A stretch of DNA of 64,000 nt, from assembly GCA_019058295.1 (NCBI GenBank), contig JAHPZI010000022.1, forward strand, positions 133,083-197,082, given 5' to 3'. A program made the translations under genes and the position numbers. Of this stretch, positions 37,368 through 46,920 are shown piece after piece. Positions within the stretch are counted from its first letter, which is position 1. Each line of letters opens with the position of its first letter. This DNA is from Promethearchaeota archaeon. GTDB taxonomy: Archaea > Asgardarchaeota > Lokiarchaeia > Sigyniarchaeales > SOKP01. A model generated the notes under the pieces. The model was not told where the DNA came from, ran no database searches, and saw only the letters and a program-made list of their open reading frames with translations.

Positions 37368-38393
37368 ATGGTGTTATATATCGAAAATAGAAAAATTCAG
37401 AAGACTGGCGGAAGTAGTTATATTGTATCTCTACCAATTGATTGGGTCAAATCACATAAAATTGATAAAAATTATAAAGGTTATTCATTAGGGATAATAA
37501 CACAACCTGATGGAAATTTATTAATTACTCCAAATCCAAATAAGGAAGAAATTCAGCGAGTAAAAGAAATTGATTTAGATGATATAAAAGATTATAATTT
37601 TTTGTTTAGAATTTTAATTGGAGCTTATATAATGGGTTTTTCAATGATTTCATTAAAATCAAGCAAAAAATTTGAACCTTTCGTAAGAGAATGTGTTGCC
37701 AATTTTACTCAGATCGCTATTGGTCCCGAAATTATCGAAGAATCAAACCAGTATATTTTAATTAAGGATTTACTCAATCCAAAGGAAATGCCATTTGAAA
37801 AAACAATAAGAAGAATGTATGTTCTTGTAGAAAGTATGCATGAAGATGCCATAACTGCTTTAAAAACAAGAGATAAAGAATTGGCTGAAGAAGTTATTAA
37901 AAGAGATAATGATATTGATAGATTGCATTGGTTAATTGGGAGACAATCTAATATGGTATTGAAAGATATTATTTTATGCCAAAAAATGGGTGTAACTCTT
38001 GAAGAAGCGAATCAATATCAATCATTTAGCAGATATTTAGAACGTATAGGAGATCACGCAGTTAAAATAGCTGAAAATATAATAAAAATAATTGATCAAA
38101 AAGTTGATAAGCAGTTAATTGAGAAGATCTCGGAGGCAAGTGATATGGCATTGAAAAAAATACTTACGATGAGTTTAGATGCTTGGCTCCAAAAAGATAT
38201 TAATTTAGCCAATGATAATATTGAAATAATAAAGGACTTAATAGTATTATGTGAAGATATCACAGTTGAACCGAATCAGAATAATGTGAAATTATCAATT
38301 GCGATTAGTTATATAGTTGAAAGTATAAGGAGGACAGGAATATACGGCGGAGATATTTCCGAAATAATAATAAATAATCTAATTAATGTTTAA
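37368..38393 (+). CDS. phoU: Archaeal phosphate uptake regulator (AbrB DNA-binding domain + PhoU repeats)
   Basis: RKIQKTGGSSYIVSLPIDWV, RDNDIDRL, LERIGDHA. Confidence 0.92.
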   Translation: MVLYIENRKIQKTGGSSYIVSLPIDWVKSHKIDKNYKGYSLGIITQPDGNLLITPNPNKEEIQRVKEIDLDDIKDYNFLFRILIGAYIMGFSMISLKSSKKFEPFVRECVANFTQIAIGPEIIEESNQYILIKDLLNPKEMPFEKTIRRMYVLVESMHEDAITALKTRDKELAEEVIKRDNDIDRLHWLIGRQSNMVLKDIILCQKMGVTLEEANQYQSFSRYLERIGDHAVKIAENIIKIIDQKVDKQLIEKISEASDMALKKILTMSLDAWLQKDINLANDNIEIIKDLIVLCEDITVEPNQNNVKLSIAISYIVESIRRTGIYGGDISEIIINNLINV

Positions 38394-38556
38394 TAAGTAA
38401 ATTATTTTAAACTCTTTAAATATTGAAAGATTAATTCCGCGGGTTTTGATTATGCGTAAAATTTCTTTTTTATTCAAAATTTATTGACACTTTTTTGTTT
38501 ATATTAAGTTAAAATTTTTAGCTATATAGTATATTAATATATAATACCAGATATTA

Positions 38557-38991
38557 ATGATGAATATGGAAGAGGGAATTAAAAAAAGAATTCTTAGTGT
38601 AAAAGACACAGTTAAAATTAAAGTTAGGGTTGATGATACGGATCTAATGTCAGTTGTACACTTTAAGAACTACTTATCATTTTTCGATATGGGATTTGTA
38701 GAATTCATGAGTGCTATAGAAAATCCAGTTGAAAGCGCTGTTCAGAGTGGCATCGTGTTTCCTGTTAAAAAACTTGAGATAACATACGAAGAATCGGCCA
38801 AATTTGGTGACCATATTATAGTAGAAACGAAGATAAAAGATATCGGAGAAAAATCAATGACTTTCCTTCATAAAATATTTAGAGAATCCGATAATGCTTT
38901 ATTAGCAGATATTGAATGCGTTCGTTTAGTTATGGAATTAAAAACTAAAAAATTACTTAATGTTGCACAATTTTTAACTAAATATGTTTGA
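38557..38991 (+). CDS. Acyl-CoA thioesterase (YbgC/4HBT hotdog fold)
   Basis: VRVDDTDLMSVVHFKNYLSFFD. Confidence 0.85.
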   Translation: MMNMEEGIKKRILSVKDTVKIKVRVDDTDLMSVVHFKNYLSFFDMGFVEFMSAIENPVESAVQSGIVFPVKKLEITYEESAKFGDHIIVETKIKDIGEKSMTFLHKIFRESDNALLADIECVRLVMELKTKKLLNVAQFLTKYV

Positions 38992-39031
38992 TTTCATTTA
39001 ACTTTAGAGTAAAAAAAATTTGGTCAAATTT

Positions 39032-40435
39032 ATGAGTAAATCAGAAACTTTAGAAATTAGACATTCAAAATTAAACATGGCATCATATGGTTTCGCAAAA
39101 TTTCTTAATGAATTCATTGATATGGCATTTGCTTCATTTGGATTTTATTATTATGAGAGTGAAATTGGCTTAAACGTCTGGCTCGTAGGATTGGGCTATA
39201 TAATATTCGCAATATATAATGCCATCAATGATCCTTTAGTAGGATACACAACTAATCGCCCTTTTAAATTCACCAAAAAATGGGGAAGGCGATTTCCATG
39301 GATCCTTTTCGGGGGTTTTTTTTGGATTCTTAGTTATTACCTTATATTTTCGCCACCTACTGTCAGTACGGAGACAGTATCAGGGTCTTTAATTATTTTT
39401 GCATGGTTAATATTTGCCACTTGTCTTTTTGATACATTTGCATCGATTTTTTTTGTGAATTTTGCCTCGCTTTTTCCAGACAAATTCAGATCTGTTGAAG
39501 AAAGAAGGACTGCTACTGGAATAGGAACATTTATAGGGATTTTTGGAGTTGCTCTTGGTGCGATTGTTCCACCTTTTTTCATAACATTTGGTGTATTAAA
39601 TTCATACATTATCCAAGCAGGAGCTATGATTCTAATAGGATTAGTAGTTTTAGCCCTCTCAATTCCAGGCTGCCGTGAAGACCAAATATTAATTGACCGC
39701 TATCTGACCACATATGACGATAAAACAAAGAGAGAGTCCTTTTTCGGGACATTAAAAGTTGCCATGAAACAAAAAACATTTGTGGTATTTATTATTACTT
39801 ACACTCTCTATCGTGGTTTAGTGATTTTAATTCAAGCGTCTATTCCATACTTAGTTCGATTTGTCTTAGAGAAGAAAGCCAGCGCTACAATATTACTTTC
39901 AGGAGGATTTTTAATAGGTGCTTTAATATCAATACCTTTTTGGATTTTTTTAGCCAAGAAAACAAATAATAACCGAAAAGTAATGATAATTGCTGGTTTT
40001 GCTATTACAATCAGTACAATACCTTTAATATTCATCACACATTATGAAACTCTTATTATCGCTATGATTTTATGGGGAGTTTGCCTTGGAGGATTTTGGG
40101 TTATGATAGCACCAGTGCTTGCTGATGTCATAGATGAATCAGTTGTGAAAACAGGTAAACGTGAAGAAGGGATATATAATGGATTTCAGCAATTTTTTGG
40201 TCGCTTTGCAATTATGATACAAGCGATAAGTTTTGTTTTAGTACATACATTTACAGGATTCGTGGAAGGTGCGTCAGCCCAGTCTCCGCAAGCAGTTTGG
40301 GGGATTCAAATACACTTTGCTTTAATTCCGATGATTTTAATATTATTAGGAACTATTATATTTTGGAAATGGTACGATTTAACACCTGATAGAGTAAAAA
40401 TTAATCAAGAAAAAGTCAAGGAAATGGGGCTTTAG
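39032..40435 (+). CDS. GPH-family (MelB-like) MFS sugar/glycoside transporter
   Basis: NAINDPLVG, KWGRRFPW, ADVIDE..TGKREEGIY; ATG 39032 preferred over TTG 39020. Confidence 0.9.
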   Translation: MSKSETLEIRHSKLNMASYGFAKFLNEFIDMAFASFGFYYYESEIGLNVWLVGLGYIIFAIYNAINDPLVGYTTNRPFKFTKKWGRRFPWILFGGFFWILSYYLIFSPPTVSTETVSGSLIIFAWLIFATCLFDTFASIFFVNFASLFPDKFRSVEERRTATGIGTFIGIFGVALGAIVPPFFITFGVLNSYIIQAGAMILIGLVVLALSIPGCREDQILIDRYLTTYDDKTKRESFFGTLKVAMKQKTFVVFIITYTLYRGLVILIQASIPYLVRFVLEKKASATILLSGGFLIGALISIPFWIFLAKKTNNNRKVMIIAGFAITISTIPLIFITHYETLIIAMILWGVCLGGFWVMIAPVLADVIDESVVKTGKREEGIYNGFQQFFGRFAIMIQAISFVLVHTFTGFVEGASAQSPQAVWGIQIHFALIPMILILLGTIIFWKWYDLTPDRVKINQEKVKEMGL

Positions 40436-40567
40436 ATATTACTTCGCGATATTTAAAGGCTCCTTATTATTATTTATAATAATTTTTATCCGAAAGATTT
40501 TTAAAATTTTATTAATGATTAAATTCACGTTTTCCTAACCTTTTTTAAAATAATAAGGGAATATCAA

Positions 40568-41746
40568 ATGAAAATAGAATATGCTGAAAGAATTGGTAGA
40601 TTGCCTACATATATTTTTACTGAGATTGAAGAACTCATTATTCAGAAGACTAAAAAAGGTGTTGATTTAATAAAATTAGGTATAGGAGACCCTGATCTTC
40701 CTACTCCAAAAATCATTATCGATGATATGATTGCAGAATCTAAAGTACCAGATAATCAAAACTATCCTACAAGCATGGGAGAGGATTTTTATAGAGAAGG
40801 GGTTGCTCGCTGGAATAAAGTAAGATATGGAATAGATTTAGATCCTGCAATTGAAGTATCACATGTAATGGGGGGCAAAGAAGGTGTTGCAAACATTGCA
40901 AGGGCATTTATAAATCCTGGTGATATTGTTCTATGTCCAAACCCGGGGTATCCTGTCTATGAAAATGGAGCTACTAAATTATGTGATGGAGATCCCTATT
41001 TACTGCCATTAAAAAGAGAAAATGATTTCCTCCCTGATCTTGAAGCAGTTGAAACTGATATTCTCAAAAAAGCGAAAATGATGTATTTAAATTATCCTAA
41101 TAATCCGACAGGCGCAATTGCTCCCATGGATTATTTAAAAAAAGCCGTTGATTATGCAGAGGATTATAATTTCTTTATTGTGTATGATAACCCATATTCT
41201 GAATTTACATATGAAGATTATGTCGCTCCTACAATTCTACAGATTAATAATGATCATGTAGAAATAAATAGTGCCTCCAAAATGTTCAATATGACAGGGT
41301 TTAGATGTGGATGGGCAGCTGGAAATGCAGATATTATAGCTGGTTTACGAAAAGTAAAATCTCAAATTGATTCAGGAGGGTCTATTTTTATCCAAAAAGC
41401 TGTAATAAAAGGTTTAAATGAATATACGAATGAAAAAAAGCCAAAAATCGTCGCAAAAAGTATGAAAATATATGAGAAGCGTCGAGATGTGTTGGTTAAT
41501 GGATTAAACGATATTGGATGGCCTACTAATAAACCAAAAGCCACCTTTTATATATGGACTGCTGTTCCTGAAAAATACTGTGATATTACTTGTATGGATT
41601 TTATTAAAAAATTAATTAATGTAGGGGTTGTTGTCACACCAGGAATTGGATTTGGTCAATATGGAGAAGGTTTTGTTCGATTTGCTTTAACTCAAAATAT
41701 AGAAAGAATTCAGGAAGCCTTAGAAAGAATAAAAAATCTACTATAG
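40568..41746 (+). CDS. Class I/II PLP aminotransferase, LL-diaminopimelate aminotransferase-like
   Basis: LGIGDPD, GGKEG, NYPNNPTG, DNPY, SASKMFNMTGFRCG. Confidence 0.85.
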   Translation: MKIEYAERIGRLPTYIFTEIEELIIQKTKKGVDLIKLGIGDPDLPTPKIIIDDMIAESKVPDNQNYPTSMGEDFYREGVARWNKVRYGIDLDPAIEVSHVMGGKEGVANIARAFINPGDIVLCPNPGYPVYENGATKLCDGDPYLLPLKRENDFLPDLEAVETDILKKAKMMYLNYPNNPTGAIAPMDYLKKAVDYAEDYNFFIVYDNPYSEFTYEDYVAPTILQINNDHVEINSASKMFNMTGFRCGWAAGNADIIAGLRKVKSQIDSGGSIFIQKAVIKGLNEYTNEKKPKIVAKSMKIYEKRRDVLVNGLNDIGWPTNKPKATFYIWTAVPEKYCDITCMDFIKKLINVGVVVTPGIGFGQYGEGFVRFALTQNIERIQEALERIKNLL

Positions 41747-41932
41747 CTATTTTTTTACATATTTTTCCCAAAGATAACCCATTTTTATCTCGTCTTCAAG
41801 TTCAAGTTCACCAGGTTTAATCTCAGAAATATCCATTATTAGAGAAAAGGGTGATTTTTCTTTAGATGTCTGATTTTCGTAAAAATCAACACTCATATAT
41901 CCTTCAATAGTTTCTTCAGATTTTCTTTCCAT
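41747..41932 (-). CDS. Small acidic protein (61 aa; in-frame ATG at 41932)
   Basis: Present in ORF track; C-terminal PGELELEDEIKMGY resembles the neighbouring peptide. Confidence 0.5.
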   Translation of the reverse strand: MERKSEETIEGYMSVDFYENQTSKEKSPFSLIMDISEIKPGELELEDEIKMGYLWEKYVKK

Positions 41933-42178
41933 ATCTCGGATTTAATTTATATCAAATAATTAAATAAAAATCTATTTTTGGAATACAACTAAAGAAAATA
42001 TAATGAATAGAATATTTAAAGGTTCTGATCATTAATCTGATTAATCAAGATTGATAAAGATTAAGTGTTCTAAGAGATATTAAAAATAGCACTAATAATA
42101 TTAATGTATAACATAAAGTGGATTTATATGAATAAATCTACAATATTATAGTTATAATTTATAAAATCTTTTACCTTA

Positions 42179-42316
42179 CTACCAACCTATTTTTTCTTGG
42201 GATATAGATATTTCTGCCGGAATAAAGAAATTTTCACAATCATAAAACTCTGTGCAATTAAAGGATTCCTCAGAGATCTCTATCGTCATAATTTTTTTCT
42301 CGCTAATGACAACCAC
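42179..42316 (-). CDS. Small acidic peptide (45 aa)
   Basis: GGAGG SD 8 nt before GTG 42316: MVVISEKKIMTIEISEESFNCTEFYDCENFFIPAEISISQEKIGW*. Confidence 0.55.
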   Translation of the reverse strand: MVVISEKKIMTIEISEESFNCTEFYDCENFFIPAEISISQEKIGW

Positions 42317-42364
42317 ACCTTTTACCTCCTTTTTTTTTAATTTTATCATATTCAAAATCTCCAA

Positions 42365-42531
42365 GCAGAAACAAACTCCTATGATCTCTTCTATTAAAAT
42401 TTCACACACCCAGCGAACAAATCCGTGAAAAGTTTAAAAGAAAGAGATTATAAGGATTTGTTTCGCTATAGTAATAAAACTACTACTAATAAACCTGATA
42501 ATTGTACCAATTTGTTTGAAGTAGTAGTTTT
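42365..42531. ncRNA. Candidate structured RNA: two adjacent long hairpins, one with an alternative pairing
   Basis: Imperfect ~41-bp inverted repeat 42365-42405/42425-42466, and a 12-bp perfect stem 42476-42487/42520-42531. Confidence 0.4.
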
Positions 42532-42600
42532 TGAAATCATTATTATTTAATTATATCTTCTTACAAATATAAATCTTATTTTATTCAAAAATTAGAAAAT

Positions 42601-43938
42601 ATGATGTTTATGGATAAAAAAATAGTGTTAGTTGGGGCTGGCTCAACGATGTTTGGCCCTGCAATGTTAATGGATATTTTTCTAAGCGATATTTTAAAAG
42701 GGTCGACAATTATGCTCCATGATATAGATAAAGAGAAATTGGAATTAATGTACGAATTAATAGTTGCTGAAGCTGAGACAAGAAAGAAAAAATTTGTCAT
42801 AGAACATTCGATTGATAGAGCAATAGCTTTTAAAGATGCTGATTTTATAGTTAATTCTATAGAGGTTGGAGAGAGATTTAAATTATGGTGTCAAGATTAT
42901 GAAATTCCAAGGAAACACGGCTCAACTCAAATAATCGGGGAGTGCGGAGGTCCAGGAGGTTCTTTCCACGCTTGGAGAATTATACCGCCTATTATTGAAA
43001 TAGCTAAAGATGCTGATCGGATATGTCCTAATGCTTTTTTTATTAATTTTTCCAATCCGATGTCGAGAGTTTGCCTTGCAATTAAAAGAGCTGTTCCCAA
43101 CCTTAAATCTATTGGACTTTGTCATCAGATTGCTGTTTTTAATAAAGATCTTCCACTGATGCTGAATAAAAAATTAAGTAATTTAAAAATGACTGTAGTT
43201 GGACTAAATCATTTTGGATTTCTTGTTGATTTAGAAGATTTAAAGACAGGAAAAAATCTAATGTCAGAATTTAATTCGAAAGCTCTGAATTATTTCACAA
43301 AAAAAGAGGATAGATTTGAATTTTCAAAATTAACATTTGAAGTTTACAAGAAGTTTGGCTATTTTCCTCATTCAGGAGATAACCATTTAGGGGAATATTT
43401 ACAATTCGCGGAGGAATTTACTGAAACTCAAGATATGATAGATTGGATCGATTTAAATGTTAGGCTGGGGAGATTAATATATAGAAAAGTTTTAAGAATG
43501 CAAAAGCGATTGAAAAAAGGAAATTTCCCTAAAGAAGGAATGCTACCTAAAGTTTCTTCCAGAGAACGTGCTGTACCGATAATTGAAGCTATTTCAACAA
43601 ATAAAAACTCTTATGAAAGCTCAGTGAATGTTCCTAACGATGGCCTTGTCGATAATTTACCTCAAGATCTAATAATTGAAGGTCCAGTAATAGTTAATAA
43701 AGATGGTGTTAAAGGTGTAAGAATAGGAAGTTTACCTAAACAGATCGCAGCACTGTTACGCATAGAAGCTTCAGTCCAGGATGTTTGCGTAGAAGCAATC
43801 TTAAAGAAGTCTAAAGAACTTGCGATCACTGCCTTAGCAATTGATCCAAATGTAGGAAGCTTTGAAATGGCAGATAAAATATTTGATGAAATGATGTCAA
43901 TCAAAGAACAAAGAGAATTTTTAGATTATTTAAAATAG
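42601..43938 (+). CDS. Glycoside hydrolase family 4 (NAD+/Mn2+-dependent alpha-galactosidase/glucosidase)
   Basis: KIVLVGAGS, GPGG, NFSNP, GLCH, GLNH. Confidence 0.9.
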   Translation: MMFMDKKIVLVGAGSTMFGPAMLMDIFLSDILKGSTIMLHDIDKEKLELMYELIVAEAETRKKKFVIEHSIDRAIAFKDADFIVNSIEVGERFKLWCQDYEIPRKHGSTQIIGECGGPGGSFHAWRIIPPIIEIAKDADRICPNAFFINFSNPMSRVCLAIKRAVPNLKSIGLCHQIAVFNKDLPLMLNKKLSNLKMTVVGLNHFGFLVDLEDLKTGKNLMSEFNSKALNYFTKKEDRFEFSKLTFEVYKKFGYFPHSGDNHLGEYLQFAEEFTETQDMIDWIDLNVRLGRLIYRKVLRMQKRLKKGNFPKEGMLPKVSSRERAVPIIEAISTNKNSYESSVNVPNDGLVDNLPQDLIIEGPVIVNKDGVKGVRIGSLPKQIAALLRIEASVQDVCVEAILKKSKELAITALAIDPNVGSFEMADKIFDEMMSIKEQREFLDYLK

Positions 43939-43950
43939 ACAAGATAAAAA

Positions 43951-45339
43951 ATGACAGTTGATAAAAAAATCGCTTTTTTTGGTGCAGGTAGCGCCGCTTT
44001 TGGACCAGTAACTCTTAATGACATCTATCAAAGTAAAACTTTGGAAGGTTCTACCATCACCCTCATTGATATTGATGATGAGAAATTAAACAGAGTTTAT
44101 GATATTGTCTGTAAGGAGAATGAAATTAAATGTGAAAAATTTATAGTAGAAAAAACACAAAATCAAAGAGCTGCGTTAAAGGATGCAGATGTGGTGATTT
44201 GTTCAATAGAGCATGGGGATAGATTTTTCCACCGCTGGCTAGATCATAGAATTCCTCACAAACATGGTTCTACTGAGATGATGGCTGAGAATGGTGGACC
44301 AGGAGGATTTTTTCACTCCGCTCGACAGATACCCATTATTGTAGATATTGCAAAGGAAGCCTATGCAGCGAATCCTGAGGTCCTCTTTATAAATTATTCA
44401 AATCCTATGTCTCGAATATGCCTCGCTATACATCGAGCAGTTCCCGAGTTAAATTTTGTTGGGTTATGTCATCAAATAAATTTACTCTATAGAGACTTAC
44501 CATATATCGTTGATGATTCATTCCGAGAGAAAATAAAAAAAGAACCATCACTAATGAAATTGGATCTTCATAAAAAAAGCATAGAAAATACTAAAGTTAC
44601 CGTAGGAGGATTTAATCACTTTGCGTTTGTTTTTAGATTAGAAGATCTGAGAACTGGAGAAGATTTAATGCCTAAGTTTAATGGGAGATTAATGGAATAT
44701 TATACTAAAGATAAATGGGATAAGTTTCATTTTGCAGAACTTACCTTTGAAATTTATAAGCGTATGGGTTGGTTTCCTTATGTGGGTGATAACCATTTTG
44801 CTGAATATGTACAAATTGCAAAGGATCATACTAAATATGAGGACTTTGATGAATGGATAAAAATGATGGAAGACGGTAACATAGGTGTCAATAATAGGTT
44901 GAAGAGATTTCATAAAAGACTTCAAAAAGGTATATATCCAAAAAAGGGAGTATTTAAAAAAGCTGTTTCTGGAGAAAGAGCTGTTGCAATCCTAGAGGCA
45001 ATGATAGAGGATAAAAATACCTATGAGATTGTTAACATACCAAATGACGGGATTATAGATAATTTATCTTCTAATTTAGTATTAGAATGCACAGGTAAAG
45101 TCAATAAAGAGGGGATTCACGGAATAAAATTAGGTAATATTCCAAAGAGTATAGCTGCATTATTGAGAATAGAGGCGTCAATTCAAGATGTATGTGTTGA
45201 AGCAATATTTAAAGAATCGAAAGATCTAGCAATTGCTTGCATTGCTATGGATGTAAATTGCGGAAGCTTTGAGATGGCAGAAAATATATTTAATGAGATG
45301 ATAGACATTCAAAAAGAATATTTACCGAATTTTAAATGA
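43951..45339 (+). CDS. Glycoside hydrolase family 4, tandem paralog
   Basis: KIAFFGAGS, GPGG, NYSNP, GLCH, GFNH. Confidence 0.9.
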   Translation: MTVDKKIAFFGAGSAAFGPVTLNDIYQSKTLEGSTITLIDIDDEKLNRVYDIVCKENEIKCEKFIVEKTQNQRAALKDADVVICSIEHGDRFFHRWLDHRIPHKHGSTEMMAENGGPGGFFHSARQIPIIVDIAKEAYAANPEVLFINYSNPMSRICLAIHRAVPELNFVGLCHQINLLYRDLPYIVDDSFREKIKKEPSLMKLDLHKKSIENTKVTVGGFNHFAFVFRLEDLRTGEDLMPKFNGRLMEYYTKDKWDKFHFAELTFEIYKRMGWFPYVGDNHFAEYVQIAKDHTKYEDFDEWIKMMEDGNIGVNNRLKRFHKRLQKGIYPKKGVFKKAVSGERAVAILEAMIEDKNTYEIVNIPNDGIIDNLSSNLVLECTGKVNKEGIHGIKLGNIPKSIAALLRIEASIQDVCVEAIFKESKDLAIACIAMDVNCGSFEMAENIFNEMIDIQKEYLPNFK

Positions 45340-45366
45340 TGTAGTGTAAAATTAGTTTTCAATTCG

Positions 45367-46221
45367 CTATTTATGCTTAATAAACGTGCCTTTTTGATAT
45401 TCCTCAAAAGCAATTCTCAATTCTTCTTGAGTATTCATGACGATTGGTCCATACCACGCAACTGGTTCCCCTATTGGTTTACCAGAAATTAATAGAAAAC
45501 GTAAACCTTCATCAACAGATTGTATATTTATCTCCTCTCCATCGTCATAAAGTATAAGTTGTTCAGCATTTTTTAATAGATCACGATTTTCATCAAAATA
45601 ACCAGTACCTTTAAAAATGTAGGCAAATACAGTATAACCTCTTTTAATTTTATGTGAAAAAGTTGAATTTGGTGGAATTGAAACGTCCAGATATTCAGGA
45701 TTTGTTATAATATCCCTCACAGGTCCTTTAATTCCATTTATTTCTCCAGCAACAATTTTAACTTTAACACCATCCTTGATTTGAACTTCAGGAATTTCTT
45801 CCTCAAGGACATCTCTATATCTAGGATCCATCATTTTATGAGAGGCTGGAAGGTTTGCCCATAATTGAAAACCCATCATTAAACCGTCAATGGGTTTTGG
45901 CATCTCTTGATGTATTATGCCTGATCCAGCTGTCATCCATTGAATATCACCAGAATTTATAATTCCCTTATTTCCTAGTGAATCTTTATGTTCTACTTTT
46001 CCTCGAATCATATAAGTAATGGTTTCAATACCACGATGAGGATGCCATGGAAATCCTGCAAGATAATCATCAGGATTATCAGAACCAAAATGATCCAATA
46101 GCAAAAACGGATCAAATAAATTTGTTTCGTTATTTCCAAAAACTCGCTTAAGTCGAACTCCAGCACCTTCCAGTGTTGGTTTACTATTTAGAGTCAATTT
46201 AATTTTCCTTTTAACACTCAT
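45367..46221 (-). CDS. Pirin family protein
   Basis: EGAGV, DPFLLLDH, HPHRGIETITY, WMTAGSGIIHQE, GPIVMNT; start adjusted to ATG 46221. Confidence 0.93.
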   Translation of the reverse strand: MSVKRKIKLTLNSKPTLEGAGVRLKRVFGNNETNLFDPFLLLDHFGSDNPDDYLAGFPWHPHRGIETITYMIRGKVEHKDSLGNKGIINSGDIQWMTAGSGIIHQEMPKPIDGLMMGFQLWANLPASHKMMDPRYRDVLEEEIPEVQIKDGVKVKIVAGEINGIKGPVRDIITNPEYLDVSIPPNSTFSHKIKRGYTVFAYIFKGTGYFDENRDLLKNAEQLILYDDGEEINIQSVDEGLRFLLISGKPIGEPVAWYGPIVMNTQEELRIAFEEYQKGTFIKHK

Positions 46222-46469
46222 ATTCCTATCAAAAAAATTAATAAAAAAAATCTTAATCACTATTTTTTGAAAAGAAAACTCAAACTTACATTAACAAATA
46301 TAAAAGATTTATCTCAATCATAACTGTTTAATAAATGATCTTTTTTTTTATCGGTATTAAGTTATTTTAAGTTAAACCATAGATTGAGAGAGCCCCCTCG
46401 AGAGCCAGAAAATTTTATAGAAACCGCAATCCAATTCCTGCTACAATAGAATATGTATAATAAAAATAA

Positions 46470-46682
46470 TTAAGAAAAATTTTTCTCTTTCCATTTCTTC
46501 ATAAAATCTTTAAAACTCTTATCAGATATTCCAAGGGAATTTTTATTCTCTTTTTTCAATTTTGAATTATAATTAGAATTAGTATTTTGCTTAAAATTTG
46601 AGGTTTTTTTAAATTTTAATTCCCAATCGAAATATGAAGATACTTTTGTTAATGCTTTTGACATCTTATTTTTAATACTCAT
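46470..46682 (-). CDS. Small Lys/Asn-rich basic protein
   Basis: 70-aa ORF alone in a 700-bp gap; no recognisable motif. Confidence 0.5.
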   Translation of the reverse strand: MSIKNKMSKALTKVSSYFDWELKFKKTSNFKQNTNSNYNSKLKKENKNSLGISDKSFKDFMKKWKEKNFS

Positions 46683-46920
46683 TTTGTAAATAATAAATTA
46701 AGACACCGTGTAAATTTTCTAATTCATAAAGTTAGTAAAAATTCAAATATTAATATTTAGGGTCTTTAAATTATAATCCGTTGCGAAAGAACGGAATAAG
46801 ACAATTATGTACAAGCTTTTAAGAGAGAAGAAAAGAAAATAGAAGGCGGGGGTGTGCCGACAAAAATCAGAGAGGTTTTTAAAAATTCTTTTTAGGTACC
46901 ATTAAATATTTATTATTGAG

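Noticed and set aside
42411-42540. Two-hairpin H/ACA guide RNA (hinge ATAGTA fits ANANNA)
   Set aside because: No ACA box after the second hairpin and no clear K-turn or pseudouridylation pockets.
46775-46800. CCGTTGCGAAAGAACGG hairpin as a c-di-GMP-I riboswitch
   Set aside because: Only a GAAA-capped stem; the other conserved elements and the tetraloop receptor are missing.
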